Below are positions 37,838-51,978 of a stretch of 64,000 bases of DNA, one piece after another. Origin of the DNA: Octopus bimaculoides (taxonomy: Eukaryota); the NCBI RefSeq assembly GCF_001194135.2, contig NC_068998.1:14578611-14642610 (forward strand), in the 5' to 3' direction. The translations under genes and the position numbers were made by a program. Below the pieces are notes generated by a model. That model ran no database searches. It saw nothing but the letters and a program-made list of their open reading frames with translations, and had not been told where the DNA came from. Position 1 is the stretch's first letter. Each line of letters begins with the position of its first letter.

Positions 37838-39505
37838 NNNNNNNNNNNNNNNNNNNNNNNNNNNNNNNNNNNNNNNNNNNNNNNNNNNNNNNNNNNNNNN
37901 NNNNCAATGCATTTGCAATCCAAGAGCAGAAGGTTGCTACATAATATATATTAAAGAAATTAGTGAGCTCCAAGAAATCACAGAACGAAAAATAGTGAAT
38001 AGCTGAAGATATTCACTGTGTCAGCCGTAACATACTTCAGTTGGTCGCCTTGCACTATATTCTATTTGGTGAGAAATTCTGAGTATTAAATTTTCTCTTT
38101 CACCTGAAAAAAACTTTTCTTTTACTGTTGCTTGATATAACACGTTTGTTCATCAATAAAGAACACGACTAAATCAGCTGTAGAGAACTGCAACCTATCT
38201 GTGCTATTGTTTATTCTTCACCTATCTGGGAACCATCCATAAGTTTGGATCTGGAGATTATAGTCGAGAAAGGGATACGTGCAGTGAGTGTACCTCTGTG
38301 GGACTCTGATGACACGTTGTGTATTCTGTCAGTACTTGTAGAAGGACATGTAGCAAATATATGAATATATGCCATATCCTCAGATCGGTTTAAATCTGGT
38401 GAGTGAAATTGCGGAGTCTGAAACTATGCCAAAATTACTTGGATTCTGAATGTTATGATCCGAAAAGCGTTTAACATCACAGCCTTTTAATTCTGTGCTA
38501 TCGATGGAGCTCACTTTACTGCAATCTTGCAGACCATGTCACCGATACGAGAATAACTATTATATTGATGTATTACTTGGAACAAGCAACACAATGAGTG
38601 CAGTGAAATTATTGTGGAAAGTGGATCCCCGCCATGAATCGTGATTCTTTTCCTACTTTACTATTTACTAAGCTTAGAAACCTTGCAAGGCCAATAGTTG
38701 TTGCTTTGACGCTTCTTAGTGAGAAATACAAATAACATAACTAACAGACCCTTATCATTTCATTGAAATAATTAATCATTGCTACATTTAAAACAGTCAA
38801 GGAAATGGCTCCGATCTAGGCTGTAGAGAAATATTAATTTGAGTACAACTACTTTACTAGCATCAGTTGAAATTAAAACTCAATTTAAAATGTTTGTGAC
38901 TTTAGAAATTATTCTGAAATAATTAGTCTTCATGTAAAATCAATGTTGCGCTTAGACAAACAAATGAGTAAAAAGCGAAAATTTGAATACTTAGCCATCA
39001 AAGTGCGGTGGTTTCATCTTATATTGTTCTCTTTAGCTCGAAATTAACTACACTCATGTCCCCGTTCACCAGTTTGTAAACGAGATAGTAGCAATTAATG
39101 CTTCGGTTATCTTTGCTAAAACTCATTTAATCCACTATGACTCAGTTTATATAGATTATAATAGGTACAATAAGTAGCTTTGTCATGTTGTATAACTGTT
39201 TTACCAACTTTTCAGAACTGAGTCAAAGTCGCATTACAGATGGGAAACAAATCCATGACTACCACACTGAAGTGGATACAACATTAAAGAGTGAATCTTA
39301 TAAAGAAGTTAAGCATATTTGACAGTTTCATTATTTACTTCAGGGAACATGTTCAATTACTTTCTTGAAAAGCCAAAACTAATAAAATAGTATCACTAAT
39401 TCTAAATACACTGACAGCTGAATAAGTTGGAACTGTATAGGTTATATCAAACTACAGAGAAGTACACTAATAGATAAACACAAACACTTGTGAACCTGCT
39501 TGTAT

Positions 39506-39552
<47 letters not shown>

Positions 39553-41251
39553 CACATACAAAGAGAAAACTTGATTTGTTTTCTATTTTGTGAAAGCTAA
39601 AACCTTCTTTTATTCACGTCGGTGGTAATTTATATTCATGAATGATGTTCTCTATCTTTCTTTAGTTTTCTCTCTCTTTCTCTTTCTCTATTTCTCTCTT
39701 TCTTTCACTCACTCTTTCGACTTTTTCTATTATTTTACTCTACGCTTTCCCTTTACCTTGTACATTCGTCGTCATTCATTGTTATTTTCAATGTAACAGT
39801 TTATAAAGTTACTTGTTCGTGCAACTGTGAAATTTCAAATTATTTTTCAGTTCAATCTGTGTGAACACATTCACATTTAGAACTTAATAACAAACTCTAG
39901 CCAGCGGCATAGACTATTCAAAATGGTGTCTTGCAATGATTTTTGGGATAACTTGGACAAAACTCATATGCTGGCATTTCTACTTAACAGTAACATTTGG
40001 TGTGATAGATAAACTAATTTTAATTATTTCATAAAGCTAGCTTAGCATCCATTGAACAAACCATAGTACGTTGAATAGCAATGCTTTTGGCATTTGTACA
40101 ATAGGAAACCGTGATTAATATAACCTGAGAAGAGAACTAAAGATATTAAGGAGTAATGAATAATTTATTGCGAATCCAACAGCTTTCTTTTCTATACACG
40201 GTACATTATTAAAGTTTTTTATAACAAAGAGAGCAGTGATTATTATGGAAGAGGGGACAGGATTATATTATTATTCTATATTCAAAGTCTGTATAAATCG
40301 ATTTGATAGCATAAATACCAGTAATATATTGGAATTAGATTTTCTAACATGAATGAAGACATGGACGAAATAAGGAAATTTATCAAAAGAAAAATTGTTG
40401 AGAAGATCATACAATGATGGCTTAATTGAATGGAGAGTAAGTTGTAAAAAAATCTGAAAAGCTTAAAACTTACAGTAGGTTTTCTTCTCTAAGTCTGATG
40501 AAAAAACAAAAGTAATTCATTTATATCAATTTAATAGATACTAGTTTTTATCTAGAAATTGTGCCTATGTTTACGAAAGAAAGAAAGAGTGACTAACATT
40601 GGTTGAAAATTTTTAGCATAATGTCAGCAGTTTCGGGGAAGTGACAAGTCGATTTCATCAACCCCCGTGCACAACTGGTACTTATTTTATCGAAAAGTGA
40701 GACTAATTTTAAATTAGATGAGGCCCTTCACCTTCACAGTATAAATTAGAGTATTTAATTTCATGTTACTGTTCACCTTCGCTCTCTAAATAGTGTTCCT
40801 TAAGTCATTGATCAGCGCGGTGATATAGTAGACAAGAAACTTGTCGAAAGCTCTGCAGTGAAACGGAACCTGAAATTACGTGACCACGTGGTTGCAAAAC
40901 GAGCTTGGTAACCACACAAATATGTGAACAAAATTTGTTAAATCCTGTCTGTTGAAAAATTGGTATGTTTGTGAAAAGTTTATCAGTGTCTCATGCTGAA
41001 TTTTAACAATATCATGATCAAAACCTAAGATAATAGACCGTGATATTAACATATTGAACAGAGAGGTAAAAGTTACTTAATCACCTTCTCTCTTAGAAAC
41101 TTTTTTACGCTTAAATGTATACCACCTAGCGTGAAATCTATCTTAAGGCCAATCATTTCGTATTGATGTACTCGAGATTGTGTTTTAAAAAATACTGGCA
41201 TTTCAAAGTTATAATTATCTTAATATTTGTCACAAAGTCAGAGATACTTTT

Positions 41252-41284
<33 letters not shown>

Positions 41285-42022
41285 NNNNNNNNNNNNNNNN
41301 NNNNNNNNNNNNNNNNNNNNNNNNNNNNNNNNNNNNNNNNNNNNNNNNNNNNNNNNNNNNNNNNNNNNNNNNNNNNNNNNNNNNNNNNNNNNNNNNNNNN
41401 NNNNNNNNNNNNNNNNNNNNNNNNNNNNNNNNNNNNNNNNNNNNNNNNNNNNNNNNNNNNNNNNNNNNNNNNNNNNNNNNNNNNNNNNNNNNNNNNNNNN
41501 NNNNNNNNNNNNNNNNNNNNNNNNNNNNNNNNNNNNNNNNNNNNNNNNNNNNNNNNNNNNNNNNNNNNNNNNNNNNNNNNNNNNNNNNNNNNNNNNNNNN
41601 NNNNNNNNNNNNNNNNNNNNNNNNNNNNNNNNNNNNNNNNNNNNNNNNNNNNNNNNNNNNNNNNNNNNNNNNNNNNNNNNNNNNNNNNNNNNNNNNNNNN
41701 NNNNNNNNNNNNNNNNNNNNNNNNNNNNNNNNNNNNNNNNNNNNNNNNNNNNNNNNNNNNNNNNNNNNNNNNNNNNNNNNNNNNNNNNNNNNNNNNNNNN
41801 NNNNNNNNNNNNNNNNNNNNNNNNNNNNNNNNNNNNNNNNNNNNNNNNNNNNNNNNNNNNNNNNNNNNNNNNNNNNNNNNNNNNNNNNNNNNNNNNNNNN
41901 NNNNNNNNNNNNNNNNNNNNNNNNNNNNNNNNNNNNNNNNNNNNNNNNNNNNNNNNNNNNNNNNNNNNNNNNNNNNNNNNNNNNNNNNNNNNNNNNNNNN
42001 NNNNNNNNNNNNNNNNNNNNNN

Positions 42023-42058
<36 letters not shown>

Positions 42059-42744
42059 GTTCATATATATCTATAACTTTATCTTCTCATTAATGCACGA
42101 TTCACGCAATTTGTTTATGTAGAATAAACGTCGAAATGTGTGTTAATTATATTTTAAAGTTTATATTGGATTTAAGACACTATATTCTAAACGGCTTCCA
42201 TGTTGATTTAAATAAGAGTGAGCATCGGACCAATGAGTTCGCATTATTTGCCCTGTTCATCTACATCGAATGTTGAAATATCATCCTGGTCATTGTTGGG
42301 CTTCTATTTCGCCGAAGCTGATAAATAGAGGAACAGTAATACGCTCGTTTATCAACAACACTTTCACGTAATGTTCATAACTTTGTTCATTAGTGCCAGG
42401 TCAACCCCGAGTCAAGAGACCTATAAACAAAACCGAAGGTATTCCGTCATTTTTCCGATGGTGTACATCTTAATCGTTGTCAAACCTCCGTGCTTTTAAT
42501 TTGTCTAACGTTAATAATTATATCTGTTAGCAGAGCATGAATCAGTTTAAGGAGCAAAGGTTGTAATACACGGGATGGGATGAAAGTAATATGAAAAGTA
42601 GGTAAACCTTTTTTTATTAACTGATATAGATAATTCAAATGACACATGTTTGTAGAATCATCATCTACAGAAAGTCTCTACTAAAGATATATTCCATGAC
42701 AAGCGAAGCATTTACGCTATCATTAAATCCAACAGCTGAATCCT

Positions 42745-43290
42745 TTCAAGTGTGCATTGTGGTACCATAACTACTTCTTCGTAGCAAATTCCAATTCGTA
42801 TGTTTCATCAAATCATTGTCCCTAAATAGTGTCCTTCATTGAACAGAAGACATGGATGTTGGTGAATGCCAGATCCAAACAGTACAATAAATGGAGGACA
42901 ACTGACCAACCCAATTTACTGATTGCCTAATTTTTTTGCTAAAGATATGGGCGATCTTTCACTCTCATGTTGAGTGTAGATAATTCTCAGATTCCTAACG
43001 GCTTTACATGGCCTTATTCAGTTATACTCTGACTGTTTAATATATAACCTCGCCCCAGAAAATCAAGGAGCGTAACGCTATTATCATCTCCAAAGAGTCG
43101 TTACGTCTTTCTGTGCAAATTACTGAGTCATAAACGTCTCAAACCTTCGAAAAGAGGTGTAACATCATTCCATAGACCGAACCTCAGTTTCTGAATCTTA
43201 CAGAAACGTCCAAATTTCATTCCTCGTCACCAGATTGGAAAATATATATCTGTATTGGCTTGAAACGTTTCCAGCGCATCAGAGCCGACT
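42745..43290 (-). pseudogene. Mariner transposase remnant (catalytic domain, heavily decayed)
   Basis: Minus-strand pieces IFSNLVTRNEIW..DSETEVRSME (VTGDETW motif), VTLLDFLGRG..LNS, and KLGWSVVLHLLYCLDLAFTNIHVFCSMK (GWEVLPHPPYSPDLAPSDFHLF motif). Confidence 0.75.
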
Positions 43291-43380
43291 TACACACTTT
43301 TCTTCAAATTGGGTTTCAACTACTGAGGTGAACACACTTTCCGACACCTAAATTCTCCCACCACTTTTTATAATATATTC

Positions 43381-43466
43381 TTTTATACTCTAGGCACAAG
43401 ACCCGAAATTCTTGGGGAGGAGGCCTGTTGATTAGATCGATCGCAGTACGCAACTGGTACTTATTT
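43381..43466 (-). mobile_element. SINE type A 3' fragment
   Basis: Reverse complement AATAAGTACCAGTTGCGTACTGCGATCGATCTAATC...CTTGTGCCTAGAG. Confidence 0.65.
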
Positions 43467-44660
43467 TCATATTGTCACCACACAGATCGTAACTAAATTT
43501 GTCTAAACGAACCTATCCTTTTATATACTGGCGATTCGTGACAACGGTTGCAATTTAGTGTCTCTTCATTGGTGGTTTTTACACCATCGGTGCTTCCCCT
43601 CTTTAAACTTCTGTGCTACTCTATGCACATTACTCTTGTATGCAACCTTCTATATATCTCAGGTAGGCTACACTCCTTATTTGTCAAATACTCAATGAGA
43701 GCGCTTCGCTTCTATTTGAAGCCATTATTTGCCAGCAATAAAGGGGGAAAATTAAATGCTACTACAGAGGAAGAATGACTCTACCAGTATGAGCATTTCT
43801 GAACTGTCTATGTCACTTAACAGAAAAGTTATACCCACTCATCCTATGTAGTCCAGTTGGACTATACACCAAATGTAGAGCGACGGAAAATTGAACCAGA
43901 AATAAAGATAATGACATGTGTATTATGTTCATGTAAACAATTGTCTAAACTATATAATTTACTTTAACATCTGAGGGAATTTTTTTTTCTAAACAACACA
44001 TTGGGTTCTTTAGAGTATTTGCAATTACTTTACCAAAGTGAAAACCTTGTATTTTTCATGTATAAAAGTGAAGCTCTCTACCAATACAAGACATAATTTT
44101 TTTTTTTTAAGTGAAAGAAAAAGAAAAAGAAAAATCTCAAATAGAAAACAGGAACAGTAGCAAGATTTCTCAAGTGGTTTGAGCCAGAATTGCAAGCTGG
44201 AATTGTGAGTTCACCATGAAAACCAGATCTTGTTTTATTTTTGATTAAATGTATTTTGTTCTTAAATTCATTTTATTCATTATTTGTTACAGACTTTCGT
44301 TCGCTAACATTCCATTATTTTATTTTATGTCTATACGAGACTTTTTTATTGAGCCAATATACATCTACGTTCTAGATGCGAGCTCTGAATTGTTTTCAGT
44401 TAGCACTAACTTTTATGACTCCAAGAGTCGAAGTCACCATAAATAATTTCTATTGGAAACACCACATTCGATATTATGTGTCTTAAGACGTTGGCCAATC
44501 ACTGATCTAGATTTTCTTTCCTCACCCAATTCTATTTTATCTTTTCATTTGAAATTACTAATTCTATTAGAATCCAATTTGCATTCACATTTTGAAATTC
44601 ACACGCTCATTTTTACCACTGATGCAATGACCTTTTCTTCCATAACTATAATAATTCATT

Positions 44661-44801
44661 GGAATCCGCCGAGGTCGACTTTGCCTTTCATCCTTCCGGG
44701 GTCGATAAATTAAGTAGCAGTTGCATATTGGGATCGATCTAATCGACTGGTCCCCTCCCCAAAAATTTTGGTCCTTGTGCCAAGAGTAGAAAAGAATAAT
44801 T
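44661..44801 (+). mobile_element. SINE type A, 5'-truncated copy
   Basis: AATCCGCCGAGGTCGACTTTGCCTTTCATCCTTCCGGGGTCGATAAA...CTTGTGCCAAGAGTAGAAAAGAATAAT. Confidence 0.85.
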
Positions 44802-45769
44802 AATTGGAGTGGGATTACCGCCGCTGCTAATTTTGAGTAAACTTTAAAGACTCATAAAAGAAGATTTTATCTAGAAATTACTTGGACAATTTCTGTGGAT
44901 CAATGTTTTTCAACTGACTGTCTTACCTATATGAGACTATTTCAATTTAACTTATAATTTAAGCTGTAGCAAGCCAACTGGATACAACGGCAACGTGTTG
45001 CGCTTCGGTACTAGTATTCAGCTGTGGTCTTCAAGTATAATTTTACATAAGTATCACGGAAAGGGATTACTTGCCAGCACGCGATCTTTTTACTTAATGA
45101 GTGTTACAGTTGTTGAGAGTTCTTCATGTCCGTTATCTCGGTCATAAGAGATGTGTTGAATATTTCACAGTATTTCTGTACCAAACCGTAGTGAAATTTA
45201 TACGAGCAGTCTACCCAGTTTCTTTCAAATATTTGAAACATTCTTGCCTTTGCACACACACACACACACACGCACACACACATACATGCATACACACACA
45301 CACACATACACACACACACACACACTTATGTATATATTGTTGTATCTCGAGATGGGGACATTATACGAATTATATCCAAAGCAATCGTTGTAATTTATTT
45401 CTGATTTTACTACTAGTCAAATATCTAACTGCTTAACCAATTAACTAATCGATTGATCAATTAATTATTCAATCAATCAATCCGCTAAAGTCGGTTTACG
45501 ATCCAGTTCGCGCAATTGCCTTTCTGTTCCTAGGTATGTCAATTTGACAGAGAACGTGAACTCGTACAACACAAATATTTGATCACATTGATCATTCTAT
45601 TTTGCAAGAAATTGCAGGATCCTCGTTTTCGATCTGAGACACAGCCGAGAGGTACAACCGACCCTTCCAGAGGTATTAGAGAACCTATTTCAACATGAAA
45701 GCCTACGTCAATAATCTTGCAAGCCAAATTAAGAAACAACACGCACGCACATATGTATTCATACATGCA

Positions 45770-45810
<41 letters not shown>

Positions 45811-46146
45811 NNNNNNNNNNNNNNNNNNNNNNNNNNNNNNNNNNNNNNNNNNNNNNNNNNNNNNNNNNNNNNNNNNNNNNNNNNNNNNNNNNNNNNNNNN
45901 NNNNNNNNNNNNNNNNNNNNNNNNNNNNNNNNNNNNNNNNNNNNNNNNNNNNNNNNNNNNNNNNNNNNNNNNNNNNNNNNNNNNNNNNNNNNNNNNNNNN
46001 NNNNNNNNNNNNNNNNNNNNNNNNNNNNNNNNNNNNNNNNNNNNNNNNNNNNNNNNNNNNNNNNNNNNNNNNNNNNNNNNNNNNNNNNNNNNNNNNNNNN
46101 NNNNNNNNNNNNNNNNNNNNNNNNNNNNNNNNNNNNNNNNNNNNNN

Positions 46147-46185
<39 letters not shown>

Positions 46186-47122
46186 GTGCGTATGTTTAAG
46201 TGTACGCATGTGTGCTCATCCTGTATTGGTTGTGTTGCTTGGAAAGCGATATTGTTTCATATTAACCTATTAAAATATTAAGACTAAACGATAAGTGTTG
46301 TATAGTACTAACGTAAACCAGTAACAAATGGACATGGAAATCGCATCATAGACAGCTTATCTGAACATCAACTCAATTCTAAAGTTACATCTCAAATACA
46401 TTTGCAACTAAATTGAAAGATATACTTATTATTAATAATGTTTTAATAGACTGCGAATTCAATAAGGTTTATAACTTTAAAGACTTTGTTACGTAGAATA
46501 TTTTCTCTGTCCCTCACCCCATGAAAAGTATAAAACAAAATGCAAATTATTGGCGTCTAACTGTGTAACTTAATTCCAAGTATTTCACTTCAATGGCACC
46601 ATTAATTTTTTTCCGAGAGCCTTGGATGCGCCAGTCTATCATCTCATCTTCCCATTAAAATAAATGTTGCAAACTTTAAATACCACGACGTATTATTACA
46701 GATAAATACCCGCTGTGAATTTTTAAAAAATAATTAAATAGAATACAATTTTCCCAAACTTGATTAGAGAATGTAATTAACTGTTATTATTTCCGGAATA
46801 ATGGACAATTTTAATCCAAACAAGCAGTTTTAGGTGGTTTAGTAGTAATTACTATAAAAACGAAATGAAAGAAAGCACAATAACTGGTGTCCCCGGATAC
46901 TATTTGAAAGAAAATAACTTCAAATCGGCGTTGATGCCGCAACAGGGAAGGAAATTACGGAAGGTTAAACATCTTATCCAATCACACTCTGAAACACAAT
47001 ACAGGAGTATCTAGTTAATCTGTCAATCCACTAGAAATATCACATAAATGTCCTGCAACTCACACACTGAAGTTTAAAAGAGAAAGACACATGTTAAATA
47101 ATGTAACGTTGGATATAGAATG

Positions 47123-47470
47123 AAGGTAAATAAGGTAAAGACCCCACTTCGGTCATAAATGACCATTGGATTGCACCTAGAACGTTACGCTCCGAGGTAC
47201 AAGTCCGGGCAAGATTTTGTTTTATGGAAGACCAGCAGTCGCACATGCATATCAGCCTCCCCTCTCCACGCCACCGATGTTATGCAAGGGAAAAACAAAG
47301 GCCGATACAGCTTAGCACCAATGACGTCACAACTCATGTCTAGAGATGAGTGAACTGCAGCAACGTGAGTTAAAGTGTCTTGCTCAAGAACAAGAACACA
47401 CAGCCCAGTCCGGGAATCGAACTGACTACCTGATGATTGTGAGCACGACCATCTAACTACTGAGTCATGT
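47123..47470 (-). mobile_element. tRNA-derived SINE type C (CORE-like segment, TTTACC-type tail)
   Basis: Minus strand reads ACATGACTCAGTAGTTAG (A-box-like)...GTTCGATTCCCGG (B box), then TGTTCTTGAGCAAGACACTTTA (CORE-like), ending CTTTACCTTATTTACCTT. Confidence 0.75.
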
Positions 47471-47849
47471 ATCTGTTTAAATTAGGATTTCAAATGGATA
47501 AAACAAAAACAACCAGACATAATACATAATTCTGATTAGTATTGTGCATTTAACAAAGTCATTTAGGTTGGCTTATTAACAGAAATATAATCAAGAAACA
47601 AAATATATTCCGGTGTGTATGTTTCAGTTGTTTGCATTTTGATTTCGAATTCGGTAGGGATCAACTTTACCTTTCATGCTTTTGAAATAAAATAAATAAC
47701 GTAGAAGTGAAATAACGGTTTCGTTATAGTCAACTGTGCTCCTAACTCAAATTCGAAGCTTTGAGACACGTGACAGTAAATAAATTTGAATCTCGAGCAT
47801 TATTTATTTGTGTTGATATAAACAGAACCTAATTTGTTGGCTCCATGTA

Positions 47850-48393
47850 AAAATGATGTTCTTTCTGTTCAGTGGTCAAACTCGGTAGAGCCTCGTCGCA
47901 TGTTCGATTCAGGATTGGATGCACGGACCTATACAACAGACCAACAATATCGGCAATGTCGCTGATTGACCTCCAACTATCCTCATGCACAAGATGATGA
48001 ATATTCTCCACATTTTGGGGGATGACACTCGTGGCAGGTCTTCCAGTTTGAACCTCGTTTTCCAGGGATGTTATTTCGCTTTTGAAACGCCCGTGCCACT
48101 CGAAACAATGCATAGGACCCATTGCCTCATCACTGTAAACTTACCGAAGCTTTTTCAGTGTCTCTGTACAAGACATCCCAAGTTTAACGAAAAATTTAAT
48201 ATTGATGCTTTGTGCCAACTTCTTGTCAATGGCAAAATCGCTGACTACAACGTACATGCTATCACAAAAACACAAATTTTACAACTTGCGAAGTAAACAG
48301 AGTGATGTCACGCGGTACATTGCCCCATACAACTGTGTGCTGCCAAATGTTGGCTACAGAATTAGTCTGGGAAATTTTTGATATCACCTTACA
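47850..48393 (-). pseudogene. Mariner element 5' half: TIR-like end plus transposase N-terminus
   Basis: DKKLAQSINIKFFVKLGMSCTETLKKLR*VYSDEAMGPMHCFEWHGRFKSEITSLENEVQTGRPATSV..ISDIADIVG matches the mariner N-terminal HTH; TIR-like TGTAAGGTGATATCAAAAATTTCCCAGACT upstream. Confidence 0.85.
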
Positions 48394-48419
48394 TACATAC
48401 ATACATACATACACAACTA

Positions 48420-48600
48420 CATACATTTGGGAGAGAGAAGGGAAACTGCACAGTTGTGGAAATTAGCTGCCCAGTGGATGTTAACATACAGGTGAAGTTC
48501 AGGGAAAAAGAGTGCACCTATGCTGAACTATTGAGATTACAACTTCAGGTTTATACCTGTAATTATTGGAGCCCTGGGATATGTACCGTAAAAATCTGTA
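48420..48600 (+). mobile_element. 3' fragment of a second RLE-type non-LTR retrotransposon family
   Basis: REKGNCTVVEISCPVDVNIQVKFREKECTYAELLR followed by a frameshifted FIPVIIGALG; typical RLE C-terminus. Confidence 0.6.
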
Positions 48601-49460
48601 AAACTTTCGAAAAGTTTATCATTTAAATATATATGAGCATGTCTAGCTATGCGATTATGTGCAGGAGAATACATACATAAAACATGCAAATCTGCATATA
48701 CATACATACATACATACATACATACATACATACGTACTTACATGTAAACAAAAATACCCTGTTGTTGATGTTGAAATTCCAATGAAGGAATCTTGGATCT
48801 AGGTTAGAAACCGGTCCTTTCGCTTTTGGCAAGAAATCTTGAAATACACTGAATGAGGACATACATACATACATACACAGGAAGTTGAAATCTTGTCAGT
48901 TTAGAACAGCGAGTGTACAGCGTAGTTTCCACACGTCCCTTTACGTAACATATTAAGTTAGATATGTTTTTACGTTGAAAGTTATACTAGACTTTCACGT
49001 AATTTTAACTAATTGCCTACACAACTTTGAAATGCAATTATATATTATGCAGTCTATTATATATGCTGTCAGCAGACGGCATCTTCAGAGATTTCGAATA
49101 AATAAAAGAAACACACTATTTTCTTTATATCATCTAAATCTGTTTCATAAACTTGCAGGAAAATCGAACTGAAGTAATAGCTAACGGAATACATGACTCA
49201 CTATTGACATTTCAATCGCTTACTTCATGCAAAATTATATTATCTGTATTTTTATTTATTTATTTATTTTTTTATGGGATTTCCTTTAACTAAAGCTACT
49301 TAAGATTATTACTTGTGTAATGTCAATTTAAACAATCGGGAATATAGAGGAGCTAGCTCTCAACTTTTAATGTATGTAGATTTTGGCTTTCTCTGCTTTT
49401 CGTTTGTTTATTCACTGTCTCTTGACTATGAATTCATGTGTATTGGCCTCGCTGTCATCG

Positions 49461-49602
49461 TCTTCTTCTTCTTCTTCTTCTTCTTCTTCTTCTTCTTCTT
49501 CTTCTTCTTCTTCTTCTTCTTCTTCTTCTTCTTCTTCTTCTTCTTCTTCGTCTGCTTCTTCTTCTTCGTCTGCTTCTTCTTCTTCTTCTTCTTCTTCTTC
49601 TT
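49461..49602. repeat. (CTT)n microsatellite
   Basis: Directly visible. Confidence 0.97.
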
Positions 49603-49639
49603 TGTTCCGTTATTAAGTCATTCTCCTTTTCGATCTTCT

Positions 49640-50016
49640 ATCGGTTCTATGTGATTTCTTCGCTTTCATTGTTGTCAACGACGTCGTAGTCGCCGTCATC
49701 GGCGTCATCAAATCATCGCCGTCATTGTCGTTGTCGACACCGTTACTGTCATCGTGAACACCTCCTTCAATTCCTTCGTTTCTGCCAATCATCATCAACA
49801 TCATCATCTTCGTCATCTTCCCCACAACCACCATCATCACAACCACCATCACCACCACCACCAACATCATCATCATCATCCTCATCATCATGATCATGAT
49901 CATGATCATGGTGATGATCATCATCATCATTACCATTAACACTACGATCACAAAGAGAACCAAGATGTTCAACAGTAACATCATCGTAATTCTTCCACCT
50001 CCCCATCGTCGACGTC

Positions 50017-50062
<46 letters not shown>

Positions 50063-50092
50063 CCATCATCATCGCCATCATCGTCATCATTT
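49640..50092. repeat. Degenerate CAT/CAC/GTC trinucleotide low-complexity tract
   Basis: Directly visible; yields the poly-His/Asp/Met spurious ORFs. Confidence 0.9.
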
Positions 50093-50927
50093 TTACTGTG
50101 TTTTTTGTTTTTGATTCATTTCTTTGTTGTTTTTTCAAATAGTCCATCGGGATAATTAAGACTATTTAAACGATTGCTTATCTTTCTAGAACGGCTTCGT
50201 TTTCGTGTTTGACTTAAATAATCGATACCTATTTATCCTTCATCAATAATTTATAATTGATCACCATTAGATTCATAACCTTTGCATTTTCTTGTGTTTC
50301 AGGGAAGACACGATGTGTTTTGACTAACGATGTAATTCAGACAAAGAAGGGTTTTTTTCCTACAAATTGAGGTCTGGCAATTACCTTCCTTTAGTAAGTA
50401 AAGGAAGCAATCATTTATCGACGACGAATATATTGTTCTAAACGTCGTGCTCAGTCACGTGTCTTCATTTAGTACATCACAACTACAGTCGCTCCATCAA
50501 CACACCAATGTATACTTGAATTATTTACCGATGAGGGACATATGGACACAGACATGGCTATGTGTTTAATACATTCGATTCCCAGCCACCTGATTTCGTG
50601 TTTACTTCCACTGATACATTTTTGGTAAGTATTATATTTCCAAACTTCCCATAGCTTTGGGAGTGAATTATGTAAACAAAACCTTTATGGAATGCGTCGA
50701 AAATGTACATGTTGCAGAAACATGTAAGATATTTCCTATTAAAAGTTCTTCAAAATGACATTGTTATTTGAGTACCGTTCTGAACAATTTCAGATAGGAG
50801 ATCTTTCATTTTTCTTCTTCATGTGCACACTTGTCACTACTATTAGATAATGCAACGCATGTAATGGTGAATGAATAATAGCAAAATCAAACTGTCTTCC
50901 AATTTCTTGATTATACATATATATACA

Positions 50928-51113
50928 TACTTGGAAAAGGATGCGTGGTGTTCGATCATATAATAATATAAATAATACATAAATATATGCATATATCCAT
51001 ACATATATGTACATACCTACATCTATATGTGTACATACATGCATATATGGGTACAGGACATCACAAAAAAAAAACGTTAAAAACAATGAGAAATGAAAAC
51101 ATAAAGACGAAAA
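50928..51113 (+). repeat. Direct repeat unit 1 (~190 bp)
   Basis: TACTTGGAAAAGGATGCGTGG...ACATAAAGACGAAAA recurs at 51789-51978. Confidence 0.9.
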
Positions 51114-51543
51114 GAGAAAACGAACTTTTTTCGAACAACGAAAAAAACAAACAGAGAAACGGGACATGCAACATAAAGAATATTCTCCTTCATCAGTTGT
51201 CCCTGTCCATCTACTCCGCGTTTCGAAGGTAAGCACAATACGCGACTTCGTTGAAACAGTCCTTCCCGCAAAGCAAATTAAATAAAATTTGGAATTTTTT
51301 GCGGAGGATGAAAGTGTTAACAAGAACAGGACAGTGAAAACAAGGCGGTGAAAACAAGACAGTGAAAACAAACGGTAAGTGCTGTTACGCCAAGACGATA
51401 GAAAAGTTATTATTTTGAACGCTAGTTGGACGTGAATGCGAGACAGAAAATTCATGCCTTCTCTATAGGAAGGCAGCGAATAGAAAGAAAGAATCCCTTT
51501 CGTCATGTGTCAGCGACGAGAGGGTCAAGGAGGAAGAGTGAAA

Positions 51544-51649
<106 letters not shown>

Positions 51650-51788
51650 ACGGTGAAAGGAAGAGAAGAATAGGGAAAGGGTGGGAGAAAAAAACAGAAA
51701 GGATGAAGACCAAGAGAGGGAGAGAGATAGAATGGGAAGTGATAGTAATAGTAGGTGAGCGTGCATAGTAAATTATTAAGATAAAACT

Positions 51789-51978
51789 TACTTGGAAAAG
51801 GATGCGTGGCGTTCGATCATATGATAATACAAATAATATATAAATATATAAATATATGCATATATCCATACATATATGTACATACCTACATCTATATGTA
51901 TACATACATGCATATATGAGTACAGGACATCACAAGAAAACGTTAAACACAATGAGAAATGAAGACATAAAGACGAAA
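51789..51978 (+). repeat. Direct repeat unit 2 (~190 bp)
   Basis: Diverged copy of 50928-51113, with substitutions and indels. Confidence 0.9.

Noticed and set aside
38190-38290. L2/CR1-like YSSPIWEP motif
   Set aside because: A single short motif without flanking support.
44990-45015. Helitron-like 3' end (small hairpin, then CTAG-T)
   Set aside because: The stem is only 4-5 bp and there is no 5' TC end or Rep/helicase remnant; likely chance.
51197-51228. 32-nt microexon with good splice signals
   Set aside because: Not frame-preserving, and it lies inside a probable dispersed repeat.
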